Source: Turneriella sp. (GTDB lineage: Bacteria > Spirochaetota > Leptospiria > Turneriellales > Turneriellaceae). Taken from it: a DNA stretch of 64,000 bases. Below are positions 9,433-18,785 of this stretch, one piece after another. Each line of letters begins with the position of its first letter. Position 1 is the first letter of the stretch. The stretch is taken from assembly GCA_965279515.1 (NCBI GenBank), contig CBDIID010000003.1:1536001-1600000 (forward strand), read 5' to 3'. Position numbers and translations under genes: made by a program. The notes under the pieces were generated by a model. It had not been told where the DNA came from, searched no databases, and was given only the letters and a program-made list of their open reading frames with translations.

Positions 9433-10075
9433 AACATTGTCGCAGGCAGAATACCTGACGCCGACCGAAACCATCGACTCGGACCATCCCGAGGTTATCG
9501 CCTATGCGCTGAAAATAACCGATGGGCTCAAAACCCCGCGCGAAAAGGCTGTCGCTCTCTATTACGCGGTGCGCGATCTTGTCATGTACGACATGAACGT
9601 CGAAGTCTTCACGCGCGAAATCTTTAAGGCCAGCGCATGTTTGCATGCCAAACGCACCTTTTGTATCCCCAAAGCCGTTTTGCTGGCGGCGACGGCACGC
9701 GCCGTGGGCATTCCCGCACGGCTCGGCTTTGCCGATGTCACCAACCACCTCGCCACGCCGAAGATGCTCGAGCAGCTGGGTGGCGATTATTTTGCCTTCC
9801 ACGGTTATACCGATCTCTTCATCGACGGCAAATGGGTGAAAGCCACGCCCGCATTCAATGAGCGGCTGTGCCGGTTTTTCAAAATCAAGCCGCTGGAATT
9901 CGACGGCACAAGCGATTCGGTCTTCCATGAATTTTCGTCGGATGGCAAAAAGCACATGGAGTATCTGCACGACCACGGCACCTTTGCCGACATGCCGTTT
10001 GAGCTGATGATCGCAACCTTCCGCAAGCACTACCCGCAGTGGTTTGAGGAATCAGGGGCCATGGCGCTCTGGTAA
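9422..10075 (+). CDS. Transglutaminase-like superfamily protein
   Basis: LYYAVRD, FCIPKAVLL (catalytic Cys), GIPARLGFADV.NH, FHGY, WVKATPAFN. Confidence 0.88.
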   Translation: MPSETLSQAEYLTPTETIDSDHPEVIAYALKITDGLKTPREKAVALYYAVRDLVMYDMNVEVFTREIFKASACLHAKRTFCIPKAVLLAATARAVGIPARLGFADVTNHLATPKMLEQLGGDYFAFHGYTDLFIDGKWVKATPAFNERLCRFFKIKPLEFDGTSDSVFHEFSSDGKKHMEYLHDHGTFADMPFELMIATFRKHYPQWFEESGAMALW

Positions 10076-10134
10076 AAATTCGAACCAAATTCCCTCTTTA
10101 AGAGTCTAAGCCCCATGATCCACATGGAGGCTCT

Positions 10135-11685
10135 ATGAAACTTATTAAAACCGGGCTTATCGCATGCGCGATGAGCCTTTTTATTGCAGCACCGGCATCG
10201 GCCGCAAACCTGCAGGATGCCGCAAAGGAAATCTCCGCCTTTTTTGCGAAGAACCCAGGTAAAACGGTCGCTGTTTTGTCTTTCAAACATGCCGAACAAA
10301 AAGCGGAGAAAGAAGTTGCCGCAGTGCAAGACCGCTTCATTGAACAGCTCGTCGCCATCGGCCAGGTGACTGTGATCGAGCGCGACCGCATTCAGCAGCT
10401 GCTGGGCGAACACCAGATCGACCAGTCGGGTGCAACCGACAAAACCCGCATCGGGCAACTGCTGCAGGCGGATTACCTGCTCGTGGGCAGCATCATGGTC
10501 AGGGCAAAAAAAGGCCTCGATATCAGCGCGCGCCTTGTCGATGTCACGACATCGAAAATTGTCGCCACCGCGCGGGCATCTGCGACGCGTTCAGACTTCT
10601 CTGACCCCGTGCTCACAGCGCAGCCGCGCGGAAACTATCTCGGCGAACCGCTGGTGCAGATCGCCATTCTCATCGATACCTCGTCGAGCATGGACGGCCT
10701 CATCGACCAGACACGCACACAGATCTGGAAGATCGTCAACACGCTCGCCAACGGCAACCGCGAAGGTAAAAAACCCAGGATCGAAGTCGCCCTCTATGAA
10801 TACGGCAACAGCAATATTGCCGCGAGCGAGAACTATGTGCGCCAGGTATCTGCCTTTACCAACAGCCTCGACAAGATCTCAGAAAAACTCTTCGAACTCA
10901 AGACCAATGGCGGTGAAGAGTACTGTGGCGCCGCGATTCAGCGCGCGCTCGGCGAGCTGGCATGGAAAAAATACGACGACGTCTACCGTGTCATCTTCAT
11001 CGCCGGCAACGAACCCTTTACACAAGGCCCGGTGGATTTCCGCCCGGTGATGGAAAGTGCCCGCGCCCAGGGCATCTTTGTGAACACGATCTTCGCCGGC
11101 AACCGCCAGGAAGGCATCGCCACCCAGTGGCTCGCCGGAGCACAGCTTGCGCAGGGTGATTTCCATGTCATCAACCAGGACCGCATGGTACAGGTCATGG
11201 CGACGCCTTACGACGATGAAATCCAGCGCCTGGGTCAGGAATATAACTCTACGGTAATCCCCATGGGCCATGCGGGCAAAGAAGAAGAAGACCGCATGCA
11301 CACGCAGGACCAGAAGATTGCTGCGGCAGCGCCCGCCAGCGGCGCAGGTGTCGAGCGAGCTGCGGCCAAGGCTTCTGCACAATACTCCGAAGCGAACAGC
11401 TGGGATCTCACTTCGGTCTTCAGCAAGAAAAAAAGCGTCGCAGCGGTAAAAAAAGCCGAACTGCCGGCCGCGCTCAAGGGGAAATCCGACAAAGAAATCG
11501 AAGTCTATGTTGCTGAAAAAAACGCGAAACGCGAAAAAATTCAGGCACGTATCGACGAGCTCAATCGTAAACGCAATGAGCATATCAGCCGTGAATCGGC
11601 GAAAAGCGCACGCCACGACGATCTCGGCCGCGCCACGCAGGCATCGGTGAAGTCGCAGGGCAAGAAATCGGGCTTTGCCTTCTGA
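10135..11685 (+). CDS. Secreted CsgG/FlgO-like plus von Willebrand factor A domain protein
   Basis: Signal peptide; VIERDRIQQLLGEH...IGQLLQADYLLVGS...ISARLVDV (CsgG-like); DTSSSM MIDAS motif, GGEEYCG, FIAGNEPF. Confidence 0.8.
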   Translation: MKLIKTGLIACAMSLFIAAPASAANLQDAAKEISAFFAKNPGKTVAVLSFKHAEQKAEKEVAAVQDRFIEQLVAIGQVTVIERDRIQQLLGEHQIDQSGATDKTRIGQLLQADYLLVGSIMVRAKKGLDISARLVDVTTSKIVATARASATRSDFSDPVLTAQPRGNYLGEPLVQIAILIDTSSSMDGLIDQTRTQIWKIVNTLANGNREGKKPRIEVALYEYGNSNIAASENYVRQVSAFTNSLDKISEKLFELKTNGGEEYCGAAIQRALGELAWKKYDDVYRVIFIAGNEPFTQGPVDFRPVMESARAQGIFVNTIFAGNRQEGIATQWLAGAQLAQGDFHVINQDRMVQVMATPYDDEIQRLGQEYNSTVIPMGHAGKEEEDRMHTQDQKIAAAAPASGAGVERAAAKASAQYSEANSWDLTSVFSKKKSVAAVKKAELPAALKGKSDKEIEVYVAEKNAKREKIQARIDELNRKRNEHISRESAKSARHDDLGRATQASVKSQGKKSGFAF

Positions 11686-11706
11686 CGACGGGATATAAGG
11701 AGTATT

Positions 11707-13428
11707 ATGAAGATTTGGATTACCGGGGTTCTGCTGATAGCGCAGCTTCCCCTTTTCGCTCTCACCAAGGTTACGGGCAAAGTCGATACCGTGACCGTGT
11801 TTACCGACCGCGCCCTGGTGAAGCGTGTACAGGCCATCGAGTCCGCAGAGAAAACAGGTATTCTGCGCTTCACCGCGCTGCCACAATCTTTAATATCTGA
11901 TTCGGTGCGCGCTGGCGGCAGCGGCGCAACCGTCACCGGGGTGTCGCAGCGCAACGTCGAAAAGATTTACGGCGAAGAATGGGCAGATCACCCGCTCAAG
12001 AAAAAGATGGTCAAACTGGAGGCAGACATCCGCCAGGAAAATGACCAGCTCTCGAATTACCGCGACCAGCTGCGCGTTGTCGATTCGATGATGAAGCTGA
12101 CGACCGCACAATCCGACAAAGAAGCACGCGCCGGCCAGCTCAACGTCGACTCATGGGAAAAAGCGCTCAGCTTTCTCGAAGAGAAGCGCCAGCGCTATCA
12201 CGAGAAGATCCGCAAGGCAGATGAGCGCCTGGAAAAACTCAGGAAAGATCTCAATAAAATCACCGTCGAATTCAACGCAGAGACGCAGGTCGCAAAAACC
12301 GGCGGTACTGAAGTCGAAGTCTCTTATGTAAAGAACAGCGAGACTGCAAAAATCGAACTCGAGTACCTCGTGACCAATGTCTCATGGAATGGTGTCTATG
12401 ACCTGCGCGGTTCTGCCGAAGGCAGTGAGTTTCAACTCGTCTCGCATGCGATCATCCGCCAGTCGACGGGCGAGAACTGGAAAAATACTTCCGTGACGCT
12501 CTCGACCGCACGCCCTTCTACCAGTATTTCCCCTGGCATTCTGCAGCCCTGGCGCGTGGGCACGACAGTTTTTGATTCACGCCCCGGAAAACAGGCCGCG
12601 GGTAAAATCAGCGGCGGCATGAACAATAGGGCAGATGAAGGCGAAACGGCTGGCGACGCAACGGACTCTGTCGACACTTCAGATACGACAACCGTATCGA
12701 TTACGCTGCCAGGGCGGGAAAATATTCTCAGTGATAATTCTGACCACCGCGTCACACTCGGCACTGCCCCGCTCAAGGGCACGCTGACCCATGTCGCGGT
12801 GCCATCGCTTTCGTCTTATGTCTACCTCAAGGCGCGGCTCAAAAACACGAGCGCCGCGCCGGTGATGGGTACGATGAATGCCTTCCTCGACGGCAGCTTT
12901 GTCGGTAATGTGACGCTGAAAAATCCCGCGGCAGTCGGCGAAGAATTCGATGTCTTTCTCGGGCCCGACCAGCGCATGCAGCTCAAGCGCATCCTCAAGC
13001 GCGGCGATGTCGAAAAGAGCGGTCTCTTCGGCGGCAAGGTCGAAGTTGTGAACCAATGGGAAATCGAAGTCACCAACTTCACCAAGAAACCGCGCCAGAT
13101 TTCTGTGTTCGACCAGTTTCCTGTGCCGGCAGACCCCAATGTTGCGACGAAATATATCGGCGCCAGCCGGGCTGAGACCACCAAGGATGCCAATGGCATT
13201 CTGACCTGGAAGCTCGACGTCAAGTCGGGCGAGAAGATCAAATTCGACTTCAGCTATTCACTGACCTTTCCCAAAGAAACCTGGGAGCGCTTCACGCGCG
13301 GCTATGACGACAACAATAACATGAAGGCCGCAAACGAAGAGCAGTATTATGATCAGCTCTCGAACAAACCCGCTGCAGCACCTGCGCCGCGGCAGTATAA
13401 TCTCGAGAAGATGCTACAGAAGCGATAA
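11707..13428 (+). CDS. DUF4140/DUF4139 (MuiA-like) secreted protein
   Basis: VTVFTDRALV, coiled coil, Y.V.NVSW...YDLR, Q.TGENW...LSTARP, FDQFPV. Confidence 0.85.
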   Translation: MKIWITGVLLIAQLPLFALTKVTGKVDTVTVFTDRALVKRVQAIESAEKTGILRFTALPQSLISDSVRAGGSGATVTGVSQRNVEKIYGEEWADHPLKKKMVKLEADIRQENDQLSNYRDQLRVVDSMMKLTTAQSDKEARAGQLNVDSWEKALSFLEEKRQRYHEKIRKADERLEKLRKDLNKITVEFNAETQVAKTGGTEVEVSYVKNSETAKIELEYLVTNVSWNGVYDLRGSAEGSEFQLVSHAIIRQSTGENWKNTSVTLSTARPSTSISPGILQPWRVGTTVFDSRPGKQAAGKISGGMNNRADEGETAGDATDSVDTSDTTTVSITLPGRENILSDNSDHRVTLGTAPLKGTLTHVAVPSLSSYVYLKARLKNTSAAPVMGTMNAFLDGSFVGNVTLKNPAAVGEEFDVFLGPDQRMQLKRILKRGDVEKSGLFGGKVEVVNQWEIEVTNFTKKPRQISVFDQFPVPADPNVATKYIGASRAETTKDANGILTWKLDVKSGEKIKFDFSYSLTFPKETWERFTRGYDDNNNMKAANEEQYYDQLSNKPAAAPAPRQYNLEKMLQKR

Positions 13429-14388
13429 AATTTCGACATTCTTCAATGCCTCTGTAAAATGCGCGTTGTTCGGCTTGCCGAACAGCGCCTCTTTATAGAG
13501 TTTTACAAAAGGATTCTCTGGCAACCCAAACTTTGCATCCCCCACGCCTTCGGGAACACCGTATGACCTGAGATTCTTGTAGTGCGGACTCGATTGGATT
13601 TTCTGTGTCGTTAAAAAGCCGTTACCGACGGTGATTCTCTCTTTTTTAGTGTGAATCTCGAGTTCGAGGTGGAATACGCCGATGCCCAGACTGGTCTCGA
13701 GCACGCCCGTGGCGCCATCCGCGTGCTCGAGACACAGAACATGCCGCCGCCTGCCTGCAACGGTCTTGTGGCGAACGATATTTCCGAAAAAGAACTGCGC
13801 CAGATCCAGAAGGTGCGTGGTGTCGTGCAGCAGCACACCCTCATCGCCCGTCTTTGCATCGGCATAGAGGCTTTTGCCGCCAGCGGCAAAAAAACCGCGG
13901 TAGGATAGCGCTTTGCCTGAAATTCTCTTTTTCAGCCTGAGATATTTCGGATGGTAGCGCCGCTCATAATTCGGGAGTATGATGCTCTGGCTGTTTTTAA
14001 GCAACAGGCTGAGCTTGCGGCCTTCTGTCGCTGAAAAAACCACGGGTTTCTCCATGACAATGCGCGGAATTTTTGCACGCAGCGCGGCGGCAAGAACAGG
14101 AAAATGCGCGGCCGTACTTGCGGCGATCACGAGGACATCCGGCTTTTGTTTTATCACCGCCTGAAAATCGCTGGTCAGCAATGCGTCGCTGATGCCCAAA
14201 AAACGCGCAGCCCCCGCCGCATTCTCTAACGACAGGTCGCAGAGAGCTGAAATACGCAATCCCCGACGCCGCGTCAGCCAGTAGCGGAGCGCACCCAGGT
14301 GTGTGCAGGGCTTATAACGTAAAGGATCGGCCTCGAGCTTCCAGGCGATGCGGCCGCAACCGACGACGGCAATCTTAGACGCGTTCAC
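13414..14388 (-). CDS. Gfo/Idh/MocA family oxidoreductase
   Basis: VVGCGRIA, MEKPV, NYERRY, LHDTTHLLD; GTG at 14388 overlaps the upstream stop. Confidence 0.8.
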   Translation of the reverse strand: MNASKIAVVGCGRIAWKLEADPLRYKPCTHLGALRYWLTRRRGLRISALCDLSLENAAGAARFLGISDALLTSDFQAVIKQKPDVLVIAASTAAHFPVLAAALRAKIPRIVMEKPVVFSATEGRKLSLLLKNSQSIILPNYERRYHPKYLRLKKRISGKALSYRGFFAAGGKSLYADAKTGDEGVLLHDTTHLLDLAQFFFGNIVRHKTVAGRRRHVLCLEHADGATGVLETSLGIGVFHLELEIHTKKERITVGNGFLTTQKIQSSPHYKNLRSYGVPEGVGDAKFGLPENPFVKLYKEALFGKPNNAHFTEALKNVEILSLL

Positions 14389-15820
14389 GGGGAACAAAAA
14401 GCAACGAAACGAGATTGCCACCGATAAAGGCAATCAACAGTAATTTGAGTACTCCGACGGCAGAAAATCCCGGTAAGAGCTGCGAGAAGAAAGTCGTAAA
14501 ACTGCCGAGCGGTTGTTTGGTGGCAAAGAAAAATGCAGCGAGCAGTAGCAGCAGCAACACAAGGCGTAGCAACTTTCGCCCGAGATCTGCGCGCGAAAAC
14601 GCCGAAACAAGCATCAGTGCGGCAAAAGCAAAAAACGCCGGCAGTGGATTGAAGAACAAAGCGATCGTCAAAAGCAGTTGCACCAGGATATGCAGGCCGG
14701 CGCGATTGAGTTCCGCGCGCAAAACATTTTTCTGCAGAATACGCACGGGAATAAAAACCGCCGGCAAAAGAAAAAGGGAAATCAATGCCACTGAGAAATC
14801 AGACTTCGCAAAACCCAGCACCACCTTAAGCAGCAACAGGTAGCCAAAAAAAGCAACTCCATAGAGCACCGCCGAAGTCAAAGCCGAACCGAGTTCGAGC
14901 CGCTCGCGGAATGTACCGAGCGCATTGGCAAACGGAATAAATGCCAGAAGCCAGAAGAGCACAGCGAGAATAAAAAAACCTGCGCGGTGCAGCTGGTAAT
15001 CGGCCGCAAGGTAGAGCGCAACGGGTTTCGTCGAAACCGCGGCCGCATTTTTTATGGCCGCGGGATGTTTGAGGAGCGGGTTTTGCTGCAACTCGGCTTC
15101 AGGCCCTGCGCTCCAGGTGGCCTTCACGGGCAGCACCGTATCGGGGCTTGAATCGGTAGCCAGCATTGCCATGGTATTTGCCCACAGCGTGCGTTCGCGC
15201 GTAAGAAAGGCGGGTTCAAAGTGCCGGCGTATTTTCAGGTTCTTGAGTTCGGGAATGCGGTCGTAATTGAGCGTCGCTTCGCCTGTCTGCACAATCACGG
15301 GTAGCTCAAAACCTTCAGCCATGAAGGCTGCGAGCGAGGCTTCTGTGTCGCAGGTCTTCGAACCGAAAATAAGACGCGCGTCGATTTGCGCTGCGGGATT
15401 CTGCGGCAGCAAGCGGTCTAAAAAGGTCAGTACGGCGAAAGCGCCCTGGCTTTTTTCATCGATCACCGTGACGGCGATGCCGTGCTGCTGACCGTTGCCA
15501 CGCGTGATGCGAATGGCTTTGCAACCCGCCGTTTTGTCTTCGCGCAGCTTATAACCATGTTTCTTTTCGAGGCGTTTGGCGTAGCCGGTGAGCACTTCCA
15601 TGTGGCTGCCCGCCTCGGCGTCGCGCAGTTCATAGAACATACCCTCGGCAAAACCATTGAGCGTTACCGGCAGTGGCGCCACAGGCTCTGTGGGAACTTT
15701 CTCTACCGAAGTAAAAAACAAGATACCGATCGTGACGACGGCGATGGTCGCCCACACGGCATAGAACTGGCCCCAGTCGGGCAACTTATAGCGGCGATTA
15801 TAAAATACCTTTTTCGCCAT
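14375..15820 (-). CDS. Hypothetical membrane protein (N-terminal TM, periplasmic domain, multi-TM C-terminus)
   Basis: Long ORF with this hydrophobicity pattern; ATG at 15820 chosen. Confidence 0.65.
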   Translation of the reverse strand: MAKKVFYNRRYKLPDWGQFYAVWATIAVVTIGILFFTSVEKVPTEPVAPLPVTLNGFAEGMFYELRDAEAGSHMEVLTGYAKRLEKKHGYKLREDKTAGCKAIRITRGNGQQHGIAVTVIDEKSQGAFAVLTFLDRLLPQNPAAQIDARLIFGSKTCDTEASLAAFMAEGFELPVIVQTGEATLNYDRIPELKNLKIRRHFEPAFLTRERTLWANTMAMLATDSSPDTVLPVKATWSAGPEAELQQNPLLKHPAAIKNAAAVSTKPVALYLAADYQLHRAGFFILAVLFWLLAFIPFANALGTFRERLELGSALTSAVLYGVAFFGYLLLLKVVLGFAKSDFSVALISLFLLPAVFIPVRILQKNVLRAELNRAGLHILVQLLLTIALFFNPLPAFFAFAALMLVSAFSRADLGRKLLRLVLLLLLLAAFFFATKQPLGSFTTFFSQLLPGFSAVGVLKLLLIAFIGGNLVSLLFVPRERV

Positions 15821-15910
15821 CTCAGGGCAGAGGCACGCGTGAAAATGCGCGGCAAAGCAAAATACTGGAGAATTTCTTTCCACCCTCGGCCGGTTTTATT
15901 ACCTTGAATC

Positions 15911-17434
15911 GTGCTTTCTATATTAGCTGGTATACTCCTTTTGGGCGTCTGTGTGTTTTTTCACGAGCTCGGTCACTTTGTGGTCGGCAAGCTGATGGGC
16001 GTAAAGCCGCGTGTGTTCTCGATCGGTTACGGCCGCGCGCTCTTTTTCCGCCGCCGCAAAAGCACAATTTACCAGATTACCGCAATTCCCCTCGGCGGTT
16101 ATGTGCAGTTCTATGGTGACGATCCCTCAAACCAGAAACGCAAGATGCGCAAGGGAGATTTCTTCTCGGTGGGCCCATGGCGCCGTATGGCATTGGCGTT
16201 CGGTGGCCCGATGTTCTCGGTGCTGCTCGGCTTCCTGGTCGTCTTCATTCTGCTGCAAACCGGCTACCGGCCGATGGACAATGTTGTGCGGGTCGACCCC
16301 AAGGGCGCGCTCTATAAGGCGGGCCTGCGCGACGGCGACCGCGTGACTTCTGTCGAAGGCAATGGCACGCCGTCCTTTGACCGTATCATCTATGAAGTGG
16401 GTTTTGCGCGCGGCGAAACTGTCGAGGCAACGATCGAACGCGCCGGCCAGCCCGTAAACCTAAACCTGCCTGTGCAGCGCTCCGAACCGGGCACCCCCGG
16501 CCTGTTAACGGGTGCCCGCCCACTCTCACGCCTGACCATGACCGAAGCCGGTCCCAAAGGTGTAGATTTAAGACCCGGCGACGAGATTCTGAAGGCCAAT
16601 GGCCAGACGCTCTATTCAATCGAAGATCTCATCCGTGTGCTGAACGCCCAGGACGCCGACACGGCTGAGTTAGATATTAACCGCCCCGACGGCAAGGGGG
16701 GATTCACCCCTGTGCACCAGACTGTGCCGCTGAAAAAAGTGCCACGCATTGTACTGAAGAATATTACCGACATTCAGACTGAAAAGGCCGTGCCTGAAAT
16801 CATTCTCGAAGACGGCGCCGGCAAAGATTTCCAGAATATCTTTGTCAATGGCGAGAGTTTCAGCACCTTTAAAGAATTCCATGCGGCCCTTGAAGCAGCA
16901 GATTTATCGGCGCTAAAACTGCGTATCGGCCCCGTCGAAGTCAAAGGCGATGTCGTGCTGACACACCGCAGCCAGATTGGCATCCGCCCTGCGGAAAAAC
17001 ACCTGAGCAGCCTGACCCAGCTTTCATTCTTGCGGCAAATTGTGCTCAGCGCTGACGAGACGATATTTATCACCAAGTCGACATTCGTCGGCCTGTGGCG
17101 CATCGTTCAGGGAAAACTTTCTTTCAACAAGAGTGTTTCAGGCCCCGTGAAAATGGTGGCGATCGCGGCAAAAACTGTCGAACTCGGCTGGCAGACATAC
17201 TTTCTGCTGATGGCGCAGATTACCATTATTCTCGGAGTGATGAACCTTTTACCGATTCCTGTTCTTGACGGCGGCCATATTCTTTTCTACTTTATTGAAG
17301 CGATCTATAAGCCGCTTTCATTCAAGGTGCAGGCCACGGCGACGCGTATCGGTATGGCCGTCATGCTCGCGATGGGTATCTACGTCATCGGTCTCGATAT
17401 TCTCGACGTCTTCGTGAAACGCGTGTTCGGCTAA
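15911..17434 (+). CDS. rseP: RIP metalloprotease RseP (M50) with PDZ domains
   Basis: HELGH, IPLGGYV, GLRDGDRV PDZ, SGPV, NLLPIPVLDGGH. Confidence 0.92.
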   Translation: MLSILAGILLLGVCVFFHELGHFVVGKLMGVKPRVFSIGYGRALFFRRRKSTIYQITAIPLGGYVQFYGDDPSNQKRKMRKGDFFSVGPWRRMALAFGGPMFSVLLGFLVVFILLQTGYRPMDNVVRVDPKGALYKAGLRDGDRVTSVEGNGTPSFDRIIYEVGFARGETVEATIERAGQPVNLNLPVQRSEPGTPGLLTGARPLSRLTMTEAGPKGVDLRPGDEILKANGQTLYSIEDLIRVLNAQDADTAELDINRPDGKGGFTPVHQTVPLKKVPRIVLKNITDIQTEKAVPEIILEDGAGKDFQNIFVNGESFSTFKEFHAALEAADLSALKLRIGPVEVKGDVVLTHRSQIGIRPAEKHLSSLTQLSFLRQIVLSADETIFITKSTFVGLWRIVQGKLSFNKSVSGPVKMVAIAAKTVELGWQTYFLLMAQITIILGVMNLLPIPVLDGGHILFYFIEAIYKPLSFKVQATATRIGMAVMLAMGIYVIGLDILDVFVKRVFG

Positions 17435-17435
17435 C

Positions 17436-18740
17436 TCAGGCCTTTCGGCGGATACGATTTCCGGTTGCAACCCCGAGCACAAGCCAGGCGAAAAATAAGG
17501 CGCCATAGAGCGCGACGGAAAGCCAAGGGTTGAGGCCCGTCACGATATAAGGCGTCAGTAACGTGAGCAATCCCCCCGCGATAAAAGGTTGTGTGATGGC
17601 CGAGCTTTCGGCAAAGACACGCGCAGCGGGAGTCTTGAATCTCGGGTCGACCATCTTCAGCAGCATCAGCCCCGTCGCTGCAGTGCCGTTCAGCATACCG
17701 AAGTTGATGAGCCCCAGCTCAAAGCTATACGATACCGGCAACATTTTCGGCCGCACATAGAAGTGGCAAAAAACATTCCAGAGAAAACCCGCGGCGAATA
17801 CAGTCAGCAGCGGAATCAGGCTGTGCCCCAAGAGGCGAACGTCGATGATCGCAATGCCGGCAAAAATCAGAATCTCCAGGAAGACATCCGCCAATAGCAT
17901 CATGATACTGTTATCGATGAGCGCATCGGCACCGGTAAAATGGCAGAGCATGCGTACTGAATAGCCGCCCACCAGGGTGTAGGCAAAAAGCGGCAGACTG
18001 AAATTCCTGATCTTATCGGCTGCGACGAGGCGCGGCAGAATTTCATGTTCGACCGCACCTTTCAGGAAAAAGCCAAACCAGTATGCCGCGGCGATGAGCA
18101 GAAAACTGATCAAGAGCGAAGTGAGATCGATTGAGGCCCGGTTATCTTCGATGGGCGCCGATGATGTACCGGCGGCGACATTGCGGCGGTGCCGGTGATG
18201 AATGAGCCAGACCCCGCCGGCGATGCCGCAGATCAGCCCGACTGTGGCGCTGAAGAGGCCGTATTCGAGCCCGGCAGGAATGCCGTTCTGCACCAGTACC
18301 GGCCCCATCGCCACGGCTGTACCGTGACCACCGGCAAAACCGGTCTCCAGCACCGAGGTGAACGCCATCGGTTCGTTGAAATAAGGTTTAAAGATAAGGA
18401 TGGTTCCAATAAGTCCGATCAGGACCTGCCCCATCACCGATACCCAAACGAGCGAAGTCTGCGCGAGAATGTGCGTGAACGAGCGGCGCTCTTTATGCGA
18501 GGCGTCGTTGCGCTGCAGAAAAAGGCAGGCGAAGACAAGGGCGATGAACTCTGTGGGTAACGATTTTAAATGCAGAAAAAAGCCGCCGGTTTTTTCGGCT
18601 GGCAGCAATGTGAAATAAATCAGCACGACCAGGCCGATTGTCAGCGATGGCGGAATGCGGAAGCGGTCGAGAAACGTAATTTTTCTTCCGATGAGGGCGC
18701 TCACGCCCAAAAGTAAAAGAACAAGGAGAAAATATTGCAT
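17436..18740 (-). CDS. gltS: Sodium/glutamate symporter (GltS family)
   Basis: GFAGGHGTA, ATVGL, FGMLNGTAATGLMLLKMVDP; about 12 TM. Confidence 0.8.
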   Translation of the reverse strand: MQYFLLVLLLLGVSALIGRKITFLDRFRIPPSLTIGLVVLIYFTLLPAEKTGGFFLHLKSLPTEFIALVFACLFLQRNDASHKERRSFTHILAQTSLVWVSVMGQVLIGLIGTILIFKPYFNEPMAFTSVLETGFAGGHGTAVAMGPVLVQNGIPAGLEYGLFSATVGLICGIAGGVWLIHHRHRRNVAAGTSSAPIEDNRASIDLTSLLISFLLIAAAYWFGFFLKGAVEHEILPRLVAADKIRNFSLPLFAYTLVGGYSVRMLCHFTGADALIDNSIMMLLADVFLEILIFAGIAIIDVRLLGHSLIPLLTVFAAGFLWNVFCHFYVRPKMLPVSYSFELGLINFGMLNGTAATGLMLLKMVDPRFKTPAARVFAESSAITQPFIAGGLLTLLTPYIVTGLNPWLSVALYGALFFAWLVLGVATGNRIRRKA

Positions 18741-18785
18741 GTTTAACCCGGCGGAGTCTTGTGAGCCCCGTCGGAGCGTAAACCC

